From Candidatus Nomurabacteria bacterium (GTDB lineage: Bacteria > Patescibacteriota > Minisyncoccia > Phycocordibacterales > UBA9973): DNA of 64,000 nucleotides. Within the stretch, counting starts at the first letter, position 1; each line of letters begins with the position of its first letter. Shown one piece after another: positions 1-10,971 of this stretch. The translations under genes were made by a program, and so were the position numbers. The notes below the pieces were generated by a model that was not told the DNA's origin, did no database searches, and worked only from the letters and a program-made list of their open reading frames with translations. Location of the stretch: NCBI GenBank assembly GCA_943356675.1, contig CALRFQ010000001.1, forward strand, positions 4,147-68,146. Direction: 5' to 3'.

Positions 1-455
1 ATGATATATATATTCTTTTTGTGTAGCATCTCTGTGAGAGCCTTTATATCCTTAATGCGCTTCTGGTAAGAACCATATGCTTTAAGTGTAGGGTCTGTAA
101 CTTCGTAAGATATATATCCAGTTGAATCTTTAATATCGATCACGATTGAGTTAAGTTCTGTGGAATCAATAAGTGAGATAATACGATCTCTTGGCACGGC
201 AGATCCGGCAGTCCATGCTGATACGTATACTGCCCTTACTTCATTAGGTGTACTTATGTGTGTGACTGGTGGTGGTACAGGGACCGTAGGCACTACTTGT
301 GCTGAACTCGCCTCACCTTTCAATGAATTTCCATCCGTATTATCTGTCTCAAAAGTATGTGTACCAACTTTAAAGTTTAAATATAAAAAAGTCCCGCCAC
401 TTAGTATTACTAGTGCGATTATTATGTACCAAAAATGTTTCCCGAAATATTTCAT
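1..455 (-). CDS. membrane-anchored putative glycoside-hydrolase-like TIM-barrel protein (DUF4015-like); only the N-terminal part, gene runs off the window start
   Basis: Hand translation of minus strand from ATG at 455..453: MKYFGKHFWYIIIALVILSGG (TM) ... RAVYVSAWTAGSAV ... IDSTELNSIVIDIKD. Absent from the ORF track because it is truncated by the window edge. Confidence 0.4.
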   Translation of the reverse strand, partial: MKYFGKHFWYIIIALVILSGGTFLYLNFKVGTHTFETDNTDGNSLKGEASSAQVVPTVPVPPPVTHISTPNEVRAVYVSAWTAGSAVPRDRIISLIDSTELNSIVIDIKDSTGYISYEVTDPTLKAYGSYQKRIKDIKALTEMLHKKNIYI

Positions 456-457
456 TA

Positions 458-685
458 TTAAACTCGCGGTGCGATATTATCTACAAAACTTTCCATAATA
501 TTTTCTTTTGGAATGCGAGCCTTGTTCTGCTTATAGAATAGGTATGCTAAATAAAATATACAAATCCCTGTAAGCATAAAAAGGATTTTACGCCAGCTAT
601 TTGGGAAGCCTAGGAATGGTAAAAATATAATCCAAATTGCAAGTATAAAAAGTGTTTTTTCTTTTCTCATATGTTTATTATACAT
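458..685 (-). CDS. small membrane protein (2 predicted TM helices), function unknown
   Basis: 75-aa ORF immediately downstream of rsmI on the same strand; hydrophobic segments LFILAIWIIFLPFLGF and FMLTGICIFYLAYLF. Confidence 0.4.
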   Translation of the reverse strand: MYNKHMRKEKTLFILAIWIIFLPFLGFPNSWRKILFMLTGICIFYLAYLFYKQNKARIPKENIMESFVDNIAPRV

Positions 686-688
686 TAA

Positions 689-1381
689 TTATAATGGTGC
701 TACAATCACGACAAACTCCCCTTTCTGCTTATTGGTATCACCTTCGAGAATTCTAAGTAATTCATCTGGCTTTCCAGTAAGGAATTCTTCATAAAACTTC
801 GTAAGCTCTCTTGCAATAGTAACCTTCTTATCTGGGCACACCTTTATCATTGATTCTAATGCCTTAAGAATTCTGTGAGATGACTCATAGAACACCATAG
901 GTCTTTCGCTAATAGCTATTTCTTTAAAGAGGGTTTCTCTACCCTTTTTATGAGGGAGGAAGCCGAGAAATATGAAATCAGCGACAGATACTCCGCACGC
1001 AGAAAGTGCAGTAATGAGAGCAGATGCTCCTGGAATAGGCACAACCTTTGCCTCATTACCGAATTCACTTTTGATTTGTGAGATAAGTAGTACTCCTGGG
1101 TCTGATATGCAAGGTGTGCCAGCGTCTGATACTAGTGCCAAATTCTTGCCATCACGTATAAGCTCAAGTATTGCATTTGCTTTGCCTTCGGTGCTGTGAG
1201 TGTGGTAGCTTATGCACTTAGTTTTAATCTCGTATTTATTTAAGAGCGTGTGAGTTGTGCGTGTGTCTTCACATAGAATAATATCCACTTCTTTAAGTAT
1301 GCGAAGAGCACGAAGTGTGATATCTTCTAGATTTCCTATGGGAGTTGCTACTACATAGAGTGTGCCGATTTCATTTTCCAT
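689..1381 (-). CDS. rsmI: 16S rRNA (cytidine1402-2'-O)-methyltransferase RsmI (tetrapyrrole-methylase fold)
   Basis: 230-aa ORF; YVVATPIGNLEDITLRALRILKEVDIILCEDTR and DAGTPCISDPG motifs typical of RsmI. Confidence 0.85.
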   Translation of the reverse strand: MENEIGTLYVVATPIGNLEDITLRALRILKEVDIILCEDTRTTHTLLNKYEIKTKCISYHTHSTEGKANAILELIRDGKNLALVSDAGTPCISDPGVLLISQIKSEFGNEAKVVPIPGASALITALSACGVSVADFIFLGFLPHKKGRETLFKEIAISERPMVFYESSHRILKALESMIKVCPDKKVTIARELTKFYEEFLTGKPDELLRILEGDTNKQKGEFVVIVAPL

Positions 1382-1396
1382 AGGGCTATTATAACA
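1379..1396 (-). promoter_or_regulatory. extended -10 promoter fused to start codon (TGTTATAAT-AGCCCT-ATG), leaderless rsmI
   Basis: Minus-strand reading of 1396..1379 gives TGTTATAATAGCCCTATG. Confidence 0.45.
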
Positions 1397-1443
1397 TAAA
1401 ATCCCCTCAATTAAATGAGGGGATTTTTGCTAATAGTTAAGTA

Positions 1444-1788
1444 TTAGTATAGGAACATAAGGATAGCACCGATGAGTGCTAGGTTCTTCATGAAGCCGAT
1501 CTTTTCAGCTTCATGGCCTGCCTTCCAGAATGCGTGCATAGCGAATGTTGTAGGTATCATGAAAATAAGAAGTAGTACTAGTGATTCCTGAACATAAGTG
1601 TTTAGGAGTAATCCTGCACCGCCTACGATAAGCAACACCCCTGTACCCATAACTGCGAGCTCAGCAGCTGGGATACCTTTACTCTTAGCATATCCTGCCA
1701 TTCCCTTTCCGTTTGTAAAATGACTAATTCCAGAATACAAAAAATATCCTGCAAAGAGTACGCGTCCTATAAGTGTAAGTGCTAACAT
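1444..1788 (-). CDS. DoxX-family membrane protein
   Basis: 114 aa, 3-4 TM helices, GYFLYSGISHF ... MHAFW pattern resembling DoxX. Confidence 0.55.
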   Translation of the reverse strand: MLALTLIGRVLFAGYFLYSGISHFTNGKGMAGYAKSKGIPAAELAVMGTGVLLIVGGAGLLLNTYVQESLVLLLIFMIPTTFAMHAFWKAGHEAEKIGFMKNLALIGAILMFLY

Positions 1789-1799
1789 ATTTGTTTTAT

Positions 1800-2774
1800 T
1801 TATGCCTTGCGTGTGTGCTTCGGCAATCTTAATCTATTAATAATATTTTCATTATACCACCATTTTAATTTACAAGAAAGATTACAATACGCAACTCCTC
1901 CTGATGGATGGTTTGGTGGGTTTGATTCCAGGCAGTTCTCGCAACAGATGAAGTGATCATGACAATTTAAGTTTGCGCAGTTCACATAGTGCTCGCTAGC
2001 TGCACCACACTTCTTGCATTTACCGATGATCTCATGCTTACCAGGCTCATCAAAATTTACAGCAATTCTTTTGTCGAAGACATAAAGTGATCCTTTGAAA
2101 TTTTGGCCTGGATATTTCTCCATATATGTGACCATTCCGCCATCGAGCTGGTAGACATCTTTGAATCCTTCACGCACGAGGAGTCCTGATGCTTTCTCGC
2201 AACGTACTCCACCTGTGCAGACTGTGAGGACAGTCTTGTCTTTCAATTCTTCAATCTTTTTTAAATTTCCTTTAAGGTCACGGAAATTATCTAGCTCTGG
2301 GAAAACCGTGCCTTCGAATTTACCAACTTCAAGCTCGTAGCCATTTCTCATATCCACGATGTGGAATTCTTTACCTTGCTCATACCACTTGTGAAGTTCC
2401 TCAGGCTTGAGATGAACACCAGTAATTTTATTTGGATCAATATCTTCCTCTTCCCCAAGGTGTAGTGACACGATCTCTGGGCGGACTCGCACGCGTAGTC
2501 TTGGGAATGCTGTGCCATCAACAGTGCCCTTGCTTACCTTCCAGTGAATATCGGCAAAGCGAGGGTCTGCTTTCATCATTTCCTGATACTCCTTGCAGGC
2601 TTCATTTGTGCCCTCAATAGTGCCATTTATACCCTCTTTGGCTACTATGATGCGCCCGCACAGCTTGCGCTCCTTACAGAAGGCAATTTGAGCGTTTTTA
2701 AGGGCTTCTGGGTCCTCTATGTTGGCGTATTTATAGTACAAAAGTACTGAATATTTGTGTGCTTTATTCTCCAT
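1800..2774 (-). CDS. trhO: rhodanese-domain protein of the UPF0176/YceA family (tRNA U34 hydroxylase TrhO-like) with C-terminal Cys-rich tail
   Basis: 324 aa; VLLYYKY...GRIIVAKEGINGTIEG N-terminal region, rhodanese active-site loop TVCTGGVRCEKAS. Confidence 0.7.
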   Translation of the reverse strand: MENKAHKYSVLLYYKYANIEDPEALKNAQIAFCKERKLCGRIIVAKEGINGTIEGTNEACKEYQEMMKADPRFADIHWKVSKGTVDGTAFPRLRVRVRPEIVSLHLGEEEDIDPNKITGVHLKPEELHKWYEQGKEFHIVDMRNGYELEVGKFEGTVFPELDNFRDLKGNLKKIEELKDKTVLTVCTGGVRCEKASGLLVREGFKDVYQLDGGMVTYMEKYPGQNFKGSLYVFDKRIAVNFDEPGKHEIIGKCKKCGAASEHYVNCANLNCHDHFICCENCLESNPPNHPSGGVAYCNLSCKLKWWYNENIINRLRLPKHTRKA

Positions 2775-2908
2775 ATTTTTGTATTATAGCAGATTTAAGA
2801 TTATTCATTAATCCCCTTATTTATATTGCTAAGATAGAAAATAAGTAGTATAGTTTTAAAAAAGCTGAATAGTGATTCAGATTCAATAACATTTAAAAAA
2901 TTCGAGAT

Positions 2909-3523
2909 ATGGAAAATGAACCTCATTTCAATCTTATGTCTGCTGAGACATCACCTCAATCTGGTTATTACTTTTCTTCACAAAATGGTGCTATTAAAAG
3001 CTCAATATTCCACTGTAAAAAAGATGGGTTTGAGATTTTTAAAAAATTTTGTGATGAAAATAGCCTAACGCCTCAGACTCAATTACATCTCTTGCATAAG
3101 CTTATGAGCAGAAAGATGTGTAATACTATCGCGGAAGTTGATAGTAATTTTTATCTGGATCGTGAAGCTGAGAATGACTTTATTCTTGATATCACAGAGT
3201 ACTATAGTAGAGTGGAAGGTGCCATTGAATTCGCTACTAAGGAGTACTCTACAATGCTTAAAGAAGGTAAAAACCTGTGCATTAAGAAAGTTGACCTTTA
3301 CTTCAAGGATTTAAGTCACGAGGGTGAAGGTATGATTACCGAGATTCGTGAATTTAAATCGAAAGAGCAATTCCTACATTGGCTATCATCTCCTGAAGCG
3401 GTGAATAAGATTTCATTCGATGACAGAAAAAAGCTTGGGAAGATGATTCGGAATTCAGCTATCGAGGAATTTTCTAACGAAGAAGAAATCCCCTCATTTT
3501 TACCCAATGTTGTTGGAAGTTAG
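2909..3523 (+). CDS. hypothetical protein
   Basis: 204-aa ORF on the opposite strand from its neighbours, followed by a bidirectional terminator; no recognisable motif. Confidence 0.45.
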   Translation: MENEPHFNLMSAETSPQSGYYFSSQNGAIKSSIFHCKKDGFEIFKKFCDENSLTPQTQLHLLHKLMSRKMCNTIAEVDSNFYLDREAENDFILDITEYYSRVEGAIEFATKEYSTMLKEGKNLCIKKVDLYFKDLSHEGEGMITEIREFKSKEQFLHWLSSPEAVNKISFDDRKKLGKMIRNSAIEEFSNEEEIPSFLPNVVGS

Positions 3524-3544
3524 TTACACTAAAACTGTTAAAAT

Positions 3545-3581
3545 AAAAACGCGCAAACTTTATAAGCTTGCGCGTTTTTTA
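3545..3581. terminator. bidirectional rho-independent terminator (for 2909..3523 and atpC)
   Basis: ACGCGCAAaCTT-TAT-AAGcTTGCGCGT stem flanked by A-run and T-run. Confidence 0.6.
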
Positions 3582-3595
3582 TGTACCAAATTAAA

Positions 3596-4042
3596 CTATT
3601 TACGATACTTTTTTGTTTTCCACTTGTCTGCAATCTTCACACGAGTCAGTGACCGTTCAAGTTCAGATGCGAAGTGCTCGTAATCCACCACCTCCTTATT
3701 TTCTGCAAGTTTACGAAGCTCTTCAGCTTTTGCTTTCGCCTTTTCAATTTCTGCATCTGTGATAGCGCTCACATGCTCGGCGAAGTCGGCAAGAATTGCA
3801 ACGGTAGTGATTCCATTTTCTTTCTTCACTTCAATGAATCCGCCAGAGACAGCCATCGGGATGTGCTCGCCGTTCTCAAATGCAACAATGTCGCCTGATG
3901 CGAGAGATGCTATCAGTGGCACATGGTCCGGCATGATAGTAATCTCCCCTTCTGTAGTGGGAAGTGTTACAAATTCCACCATTTCTTCAAGAATGAGTCT
4001 CTCTGGTGTGACTATTTTTAGTTGTAATTTTTTTATTGACAT
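3596..4042 (-). CDS. atpC: F0F1 ATP synthase epsilon subunit
   Basis: 148 aa; LKIVTPERLILEEMVEFVTLPTTEGEITIMPDH; directly downstream of atpD. Confidence 0.85.
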   Translation of the reverse strand: MSIKKLQLKIVTPERLILEEMVEFVTLPTTEGEITIMPDHVPLIASLASGDIVAFENGEHIPMAVSGGFIEVKKENGITTVAILADFAEHVSAITDAEIEKAKAKAEELRKLAENKEVVDYEHFASELERSLTRVKIADKWKTKKYRK

Positions 4043-4298
4043 TTTACTTTTATGATTATATAATGAAGTCCATTTTAAAATGATAACGCCATGTTTGACT
4101 ACAATGCTCTTTTGGAACTTTTAGATCCGAAACCAATAAGTTTCTATCTATTTTTTGGAATCTGTAGTTTTTTATACTACAGTATCGCCCCATTCTTTTT
4201 TCTTTCTATGCTAAATGCACACCAGAAAAAAAATTAAACCAAATTCTAATCATTTAACAGAGATTGCTTTTACCTTAAAAGTTATCTCTGTTTTTTTA

Positions 4299-5672
<1,374 letters not shown>

Positions 5673-5864
5673 TTAATAATGTTTTAATAATTTTCTTGTA
5701 AAAAATACGATTAAGGCGATGATTGTGAGTATCAGAGTATCCATTGGAGTATTGAAAATAAATTCATGGCCTTCTGGAGTGAAAAGAAATTTAATAATAT
5801 ATATTAGTGTAAAAATTAAAATACATATTATTAAAATAAAACCATATTTTTTAAATTTCTCCAT
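5673..5864 (-). CDS. small 2-TM membrane protein inserted between atpG and atpD
   Basis: 63-aa ORF, two hydrophobic helices (FILIICILIFTLIYIIKFLF; LILTIIALIVFF), tightly packed 5870/5864 and 5673/5657. Confidence 0.4.
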   Translation of the reverse strand: MEKFKKYGFILIICILIFTLIYIIKFLFTPEGHEFIFNTPMDTLILTIIALIVFFTRKLLKHY

Positions 5865-5869
5865 ATACT

Positions 5870-6796
5870 TTAACTTACACTTGCCATACCGGCACTAATT
5901 TCTGATATCTCCTGCGTGATCGACGCTTGGCGGGCTTTGTTGAATGCTAAGGTGAGGTCGTCTATCATTTCTCCTGCGGCTTCCGAGGCGTTCTTCATGG
6001 CTACCATTCGGGACGATTGTTCAGAAGCATTTGATTCAAGGAGCATTTGATAAATCTGCATTCGGGATAATTTCTCAGCTAAGCTTCCGATGAGTGCCTC
6101 TTGGTCGCCTTCGAAGGTGTAATCCGTTTTCCCTCTCTGGATAGAGGTCGAACCTCTATCTTCAGATAGAGGTTCGACCTCTATCTCTTCCACCAATTCT
6201 TTAATTTGCTCTTTTGATATTGGTAGGATTTGTTTGATATTTGGCTTTTGTGATAGAGCGGAAACGAAGTCGGTGTATGCTATTAAAATTTTATCGTATT
6301 TATTTTCTTTGTATTGGTCTACTACGAATTTCGATATCGGGACCACATCATTTAGATTTATATTGTCCGGCAATTCGGTGAATGTAGCAATGATATTCTT
6401 CCCTATTCTTCTCATTGCTGTGTCACCTTTCTTTCCGACTGTGACAAAATCAATTTTTGCATTATTTAAATTTACATCTGATGTTTTAAGGAGTGCCAAA
6501 ACCTTTTTTGTTACTTGCGCATTGTATGCTCCACAAAGTCCGCGGTTTGAAGTGATGAGGACAAGGAGCACATTTTTTACTTCGCGTTGAACGAATAGTG
6601 GATGTGTAATTTCCTGTGTACTATTTGCAATAGAAGTAAGAATCTCCCAAGAGTATCCAGCATATAGGCGGGATGCAAGTGTGGAAGAAACCGCGCGCTT
6701 CATCTTGGAAGCCGCCACGAGCTCCATAGCTTTCGTGATCTTTTTCGTGTTCTTCACACTCTTTATTCTTCTTTTGATTTCTTTTGTTCCTGCCAT
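5870..6796 (-). CDS. atpG: F0F1 ATP synthase gamma subunit (contains in-frame palindromic insertion)
   Basis: 308 aa; MAGTKEIKRRIKSVKNTKKITKAMELVAASKMKRA N-terminus and C-terminal SRMVAMKNASEAAGEMIDDLTLAFNKARQASITQEISEI. Confidence 0.9.
   Translation of the reverse strand: MAGTKEIKRRIKSVKNTKKITKAMELVAASKMKRAVSSTLASRLYAGYSWEILTSIANSTQEITHPLFVQREVKNVLLVLITSNRGLCGAYNAQVTKKVLALLKTSDVNLNNAKIDFVTVGKKGDTAMRRIGKNIIATFTELPDNINLNDVVPISKFVVDQYKENKYDKILIAYTDFVSALSQKPNIKQILPISKEQIKELVEEIEVEPLSEDRGSTSIQRGKTDYTFEGDQEALIGSLAEKLSRMQIYQMLLESNASEQSSRMVAMKNASEAAGEMIDDLTLAFNKARQASITQEISEISAGMASVS
6140..6185. repeat. 46-bp perfect palindromic unit (21 nt, TTCA, reverse complement of the 21 nt) in-frame inside atpG
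   Basis: GATAGAGGTCGAACCTCTATC TTCA GATAGAGGTTCGACCTCTATC. Confidence 0.8.
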
Positions 6797-6805
6797 AAAT
6801 TAAAA

Positions 6806-8308
6806 CTATTTCATGAATCCTGCTTTGAAGTCTGTAAGTGCTTTCTTGAAAGCTTCCTCACTTGCATCTTCCCACATTTTCTTCTCGCGGATATCTTTGA
6901 AGAATTGTGGAGCAGAACGCTCTGTGTATTCCACTAGGCCCTGCTCGAATTCTTTAATCTTATCCACCGGCACATCATCCATGTAGCCCTTCACGAGAGC
7001 GTATAGGATTGCCACTTGGTGCTCCACGATAACTGGTGCGTATTGTGGTTGCTTTAGTACTTCCACTGCGCGCTTTCCACGCTCAAGCTGGCGCTTTGTA
7101 GCGTCGTCGAGGTCGGAGCCGAATTGTGCGAAAGCTTCAAGTTCACGGAATTGTGCAAGGTCGAGCTTGAGAGTTCCAGCCACTTTCTTCATAGCTTTAA
7201 TCTGAGCAGATGATCCCACGCGAGACACTGAGAATCCCACGTTTACCGCTGGGCGGATACCTTTGTAGAATAAATCTGTTTCTAGGAATATTTGTCCGTC
7301 TGTAATTGAGATCACGTTTGTAGGAATGTATGCAGAGATATCGCCAGCTTGAGTCTCGATAATTGGGAGTGCTGTGATTGAACCGCCACCGTATTCCTTA
7401 TTTCTTCGGCAAGCACGCTCTAGTAGTCTTGAGTGCAAATAGAACACGTCTCCAGGGTAAGCTTCGCGTCCTGGTGGGCGGCGGAGTAGGAGTGAGATTT
7501 CGCGGTATGCTACAGCGTGTTTGGAAAGATCATCGTAAATGATGAGCACATCTTGGCCTTTATCCATAAAGTATTCAGCGATAGAAACTCCAGTATATGG
7601 AGCGATGTATGAAAGCGCAGCACTTTCTGATGCGCCAGCTGAAACGATGACTGTGTATTCCATAGCACCACCTTCTTCAAGACGAGCTTGGAGCTTGCGC
7701 AATTTAGAATCTTTTTGACCGATTGAAACGTAAACACAAACCATGTTCTGGCCCTTTTGGTTTAGGATTGCGTCGATAGCGATGGCAGTCTTTCCTGTCT
7801 GGCGGTCACCGATGATGAGCTCACGCTGTCCACGGCCGATAGGGATAATGGCGTCGATAGCTTTGATACCTGTGGAAACTGGTTGGTCCACACTTTGACG
7901 AGTGATAACTCCAGGAGCAACTTTCTCGATAGGATTTGTTTGTGTGGTTTTGATTGCACCTTTTCCATCAATCGCATCTCCGCGGGCATTCACCACACGG
8001 CCGATTAGCGCATCGCCTACATTTACCTCCAATATCTTTCCTGTTGCACGAACTTCGTCGCCTTCTTTAATATCTGCAAATTCTCCGAGAATAATAACTC
8101 CAACGAATTCTTCTTCAAGGTTGAGCGCAACTCCCACGACTCCTGTTGGGAATGTCACCATTTCTGATGCTTTGATATCTGAAAGTCCTGAAATTTTTGC
8201 AATACCGTCGAACACTTCCACGACTTTACCCACTTTCTCAACTGCCACTTCAGAAGTGAAGTTTTCGATTTGCTTTCTTAAATTGTCTACAATGTTATTT
8301 TTGGCCAT
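6806..8308 (-). CDS. atpA: F0F1 ATP synthase alpha subunit
   Basis: 500 aa; Walker [10 protein letters not shown]. Confidence 0.95.
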   Translation of the reverse strand: MAKNNIVDNLRKQIENFTSEVAVEKVGKVVEVFDGIAKISGLSDIKASEMVTFPTGVVGVALNLEEEFVGVIILGEFADIKEGDEVRATGKILEVNVGDALIGRVVNARGDAIDGKGAIKTTQTNPIEKVAPGVITRQSVDQPVSTGIKAIDAIIPIGRGQRELIIGDRQTGKTAIAIDAILNQKGQNMVCVYVSIGQKDSKLRKLQARLEEGGAMEYTVIVSAGASESAALSYIAPYTGVSIAEYFMDKGQDVLIIYDDLSKHAVAYREISLLLRRPPGREAYPGDVFYLHSRLLERACRRNKEYGGGSITALPIIETQAGDISAYIPTNVISITDGQIFLETDLFYKGIRPAVNVGFSVSRVGSSAQIKAMKKVAGTLKLDLAQFRELEAFAQFGSDLDDATKRQLERGKRAVEVLKQPQYAPVIVEHQVAILYALVKGYMDDVPVDKIKEFEQGLVEYTERSAPQFFKDIREKKMWEDASEEAFKKALTDFKAGFMK

Positions 8309-8312
8309 ATAA

Positions 8313-8720
8313 TTAATTTCTTAGTAACTTTGCTTGTAATTGATGAATTTTGTTTGATATCGTTAGGTCTAGCACATCCTCACCTACTTGTATTTTCGCA
8401 CCGCCGATTACTCCTTTATCTATCTCACTTTTTATCTCAACTTTGTCTACATCATAATAATGTTTAAGGAAGTGAATGATATCCGTGTGGCTTTTCTCAG
8501 CTAATTCTCTACTTGTCGTGACTGTGGCTGTGAGGTTTCCTTCTTCTTCATCCTCAATCTTTCTGATTTTCTCTAGCAACCTTTTCGATTCTTTCATTAG
8601 TCTGTGCTTCGCGAGGAACTTCACCACATTCTCATTGATTTTCGCACGCTCAGAAGATGATGCATCTTTACTTGCATCATATACCGCTCTTGCTATGTCA
8701 TTGAGTTTAAATGTGGCCAT
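8313..8720 (-). CDS. atpH: F0F1 ATP synthase delta (OSCP) subunit, short form
   Basis: 135 aa, position between atpF and atpA, OSCP-like C-terminus. Confidence 0.7.
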   Translation of the reverse strand: MATFKLNDIARAVYDASKDASSSERAKINENVVKFLAKHRLMKESKRLLEKIRKIEDEEEGNLTATVTTSRELAEKSHTDIIHFLKHYYDVDKVEIKSEIDKGVIGGAKIQVGEDVLDLTISNKIHQLQAKLLRN

Positions 8721-8728
8721 ATGCTAAA

Positions 8729-9223
8729 TTAAGAAATCTTACTAATTCTTTTTGTTACTTTTGTGTCGATACTGTCGTCTGTGATGTCTGTAATCAATTT
8801 CTCCGTAGCAGAAACTACAAGAGAAACAATCTCTCTCTTCGCATCTTCCATCATCTTTGCTTTTTCAGCTTCAAGATTCTTCTTACCAGAGGCTACCATA
8901 GCTTCCACATCTTTCTTTGCTTCTTCAAGCATAAGAGCTTTCTTCTCTTCTGCTTCCTTCTTGCCTTCTTGGAAGATAGTGTGAGCTTCTGCACGAGCAT
9001 CTGCTATGACTTTCGCATATTCATCCTTTGTAGTCTTTAGTAGTTCTGCATTTCTCTTCGCATCTTCCACTCCGCCCTTTATAGAGTCCGCACGCTCAGC
9101 CATGAGCTTGCGTAGTGGCTTGAGCACTAAGAAGTAAAGAATAATAAGTACTATAACGAAGTTAATCGCTTGAGCGATTATTATTTTCCAGTCGATATGA
9201 AATGTAGTGATGAATGAATCCAT
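8729..9223 (-). CDS. atpF: F0F1 ATP synthase subunit b
   Basis: 164 aa; N-terminal TM then long charged coiled coil. Confidence 0.8.
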   Translation of the reverse strand: MDSFITTFHIDWKIIIAQAINFVIVLIILYFLVLKPLRKLMAERADSIKGGVEDAKRNAELLKTTKDEYAKVIADARAEAHTIFQEGKKEAEEKKALMLEEAKKDVEAMVASGKKNLEAEKAKMMEDAKREIVSLVVSATEKLITDITDDSIDTKVTKRISKIS

Positions 9224-9327
9224 AAAATAGGTTTTAGCTTAAAGGTTTTAGGTTATAGTAATAAAATTCTGCATATTTAGCAGTATGTAGGCTTAAGGAT
9301 AGAGCTTAAACCTATAACTACTAAATA

Positions 9328-9564
<237 letters not shown>

Positions 9565-9590
9565 TTAATTAATAATGTTGACCTCTAATT

Positions 9591-10517
9591 TTAATGCACA
9601 TCTTTGTGCTCACCACCCTCACTTTCTTCATGATGCTCATCATCATGATCTTGTGATGCTATTGTGTAGTACACAAGAGTAAGGATGGCGAAAATGAATG
9701 CTTGTATCACACCGACGAAAACTTCAAGAAGAAGAAATGGTGTCGGTAGTACGTAAGCGATAATGGCTCCCATAGATGCGAGGAGAACCTCTCCTGCAAA
9801 TACGTTTCCGAAAAGACGAAATGACAGTGATGCAATCTTAGCGAATTCTCCGATAAGTTCGAGTGCACTAACGAAAACCATGATTGGAGCAGTAAGTAAT
9901 ACCATTGGTTCCTTACGAATTTTCGTAAAAATCCCTCCAATTGCCTTCAGATTAACATATTTGTTGAAAGTTTTCCAGAGACCTATAGATATAACTCCGA
10001 AGATGTTTGCACCTAGAACTGAGAGGATGGCGAGTGGTAATGTGCCGTTAATATCGGCAGTACCTGAGCGGATAAATGGGATGAATGCTCTGCCGTGCTC
10101 CCCTGCTTCTATAAGGCCAAATCCGCCGAGTGGCAATATTCCAAGCCAGTTGTTGAGTAGTACTACAAAGAAAACTGAGAATACTATAGGGAAAGCTTTG
10201 TTTGTGATCTTGCGACTGTTTGTGACTTGGTCACAAAGGTCTAGTGCTCCGTCGATAACTAGCTCAAAAAGATTTTGAATTCCTTTTGGAATCTTCTTGA
10301 GTGATAGGCGAACAGCAAGTGCGATTATAAAAATGATGACTACTACTATCCAGCTTGTGAATAGTGAGTTTGTGATAGTGAAATTGCCAATGTGAGCTAT
10401 CGGCTCTGCGTATAGAGTAGACTCGTGAGTGATTTCTGTATTTGCTGTTTCAGTAGGTGCTCCAGTTTCGGAATTAAGGTTTGTATTAAGTTCTGTATTA
10501 TTTATTTCTTGTGTCAT
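9591..10517 (-). CDS. atpB: F0F1 ATP synthase subunit a, with N-terminal extension and His/Glu-rich C-terminal tail
   Basis: 308 aa; conserved LSFRLFGNVFAGEVLL region. Confidence 0.85.
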   Translation of the reverse strand: MTQEINNTELNTNLNSETGAPTETANTEITHESTLYAEPIAHIGNFTITNSLFTSWIVVVIIFIIALAVRLSLKKIPKGIQNLFELVIDGALDLCDQVTNSRKITNKAFPIVFSVFFVVLLNNWLGILPLGGFGLIEAGEHGRAFIPFIRSGTADINGTLPLAILSVLGANIFGVISIGLWKTFNKYVNLKAIGGIFTKIRKEPMVLLTAPIMVFVSALELIGEFAKIASLSFRLFGNVFAGEVLLASMGAIIAYVLPTPFLLLEVFVGVIQAFIFAILTLVYYTIASQDHDDEHHEESEGGEHKDVH

Positions 10518-10776
10518 GTTCGGTATCTTTCTTTTTAATATTTATCTCTGCTTCATGAATGTATTTGATCGCGAGCCTGCCTATTCCTATCATTGATATC
10601 GTGAAGGCAAAACCCATACTTACAACGAATGCCCATGGAGCTGTATCAAACCTTTTATCTAGGTACCTTCCTAGGTAAAGTCCGATGATTACAGGGACAG
10701 CAATGAGTCCTGACATTTTTGTAAACATCATTACCCCTGGCTTCCACCATGCTTCGTTTTTATCATTTTCATTCAT
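10498..10776 (-). CDS. AtpZ/AtpI-like small membrane protein (start moved to internal ATG at 10776..10774)
   Basis: 2 TM helices, GRYLDKRFDTAPWAFVV resembles AtpZ; the annotated upstream part of the ORF (to 10872) overlaps a tRNA gene. Confidence 0.5.
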   Translation of the reverse strand: MNENDKNEAWWKPGVMMFTKMSGLIAVPVIIGLYLGRYLDKRFDTAPWAFVVSMGFAFTISMIGIGRLAIKYIHEAEINIKKKDTEHDTRNK

Positions 10777-10802
10777 AAATAACAAAAGGCCAAAATGCCT
10801 TG

Positions 10803-10874
10803 TGAGTGTGGATGGAATCGGACCATCGACCTCTGTCTTATCAGGACAGCGTTCTACCACTGAACTACACACTC
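10803..10874 (-). tRNA. tRNA-Ile (anticodon GAT)
   Basis: 72-nt cloverleaf: acceptor GAGTGTG/CACACTC, D stem GTTC/GAAC, anticodon stem CTGTC/GACAG with loop CTGATAA, T stem GATGG/CCATC; T-loop is TCCGATT (C where the near-universal T55 is expected). Confidence 0.8.
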
Positions 10875-10971
10875 ATTTGATTTAAAACAGCAATTACTTA
10901 ACCTTTACACTATAAAAGGCTCTTTTTCTAAAGAGCACTTAAAATATACCAAAAATTAAGCTTTTATGCAA

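Noticed and set aside
160-498. Track ORF of 112 aa on the plus strand
   Set aside because: It lies antisense to a much more convincing minus-strand gene (1..455, DUF4015-like) and to the small membrane ORF 458..685. Its low-complexity Gly/Thr composition is typical of antisense read-through.
2840-2870. Short palindrome CTGAAT-AGTG-ATTCAG upstream of gene 2909
   Set aside because: A 6-bp inverted repeat in AT-rich DNA is expected by chance. No second copy was seen.
10777-10872. N-terminal 32 codons of track ORF 10498..10872 (MCSSVVERCPDKTEVDGPIPSTLTRHFGLLLF)
   Set aside because: These nucleotides fold into a canonical tRNA-Ile(GAT) cloverleaf on the same strand. The protein start was moved to the internal ATG at 10776.
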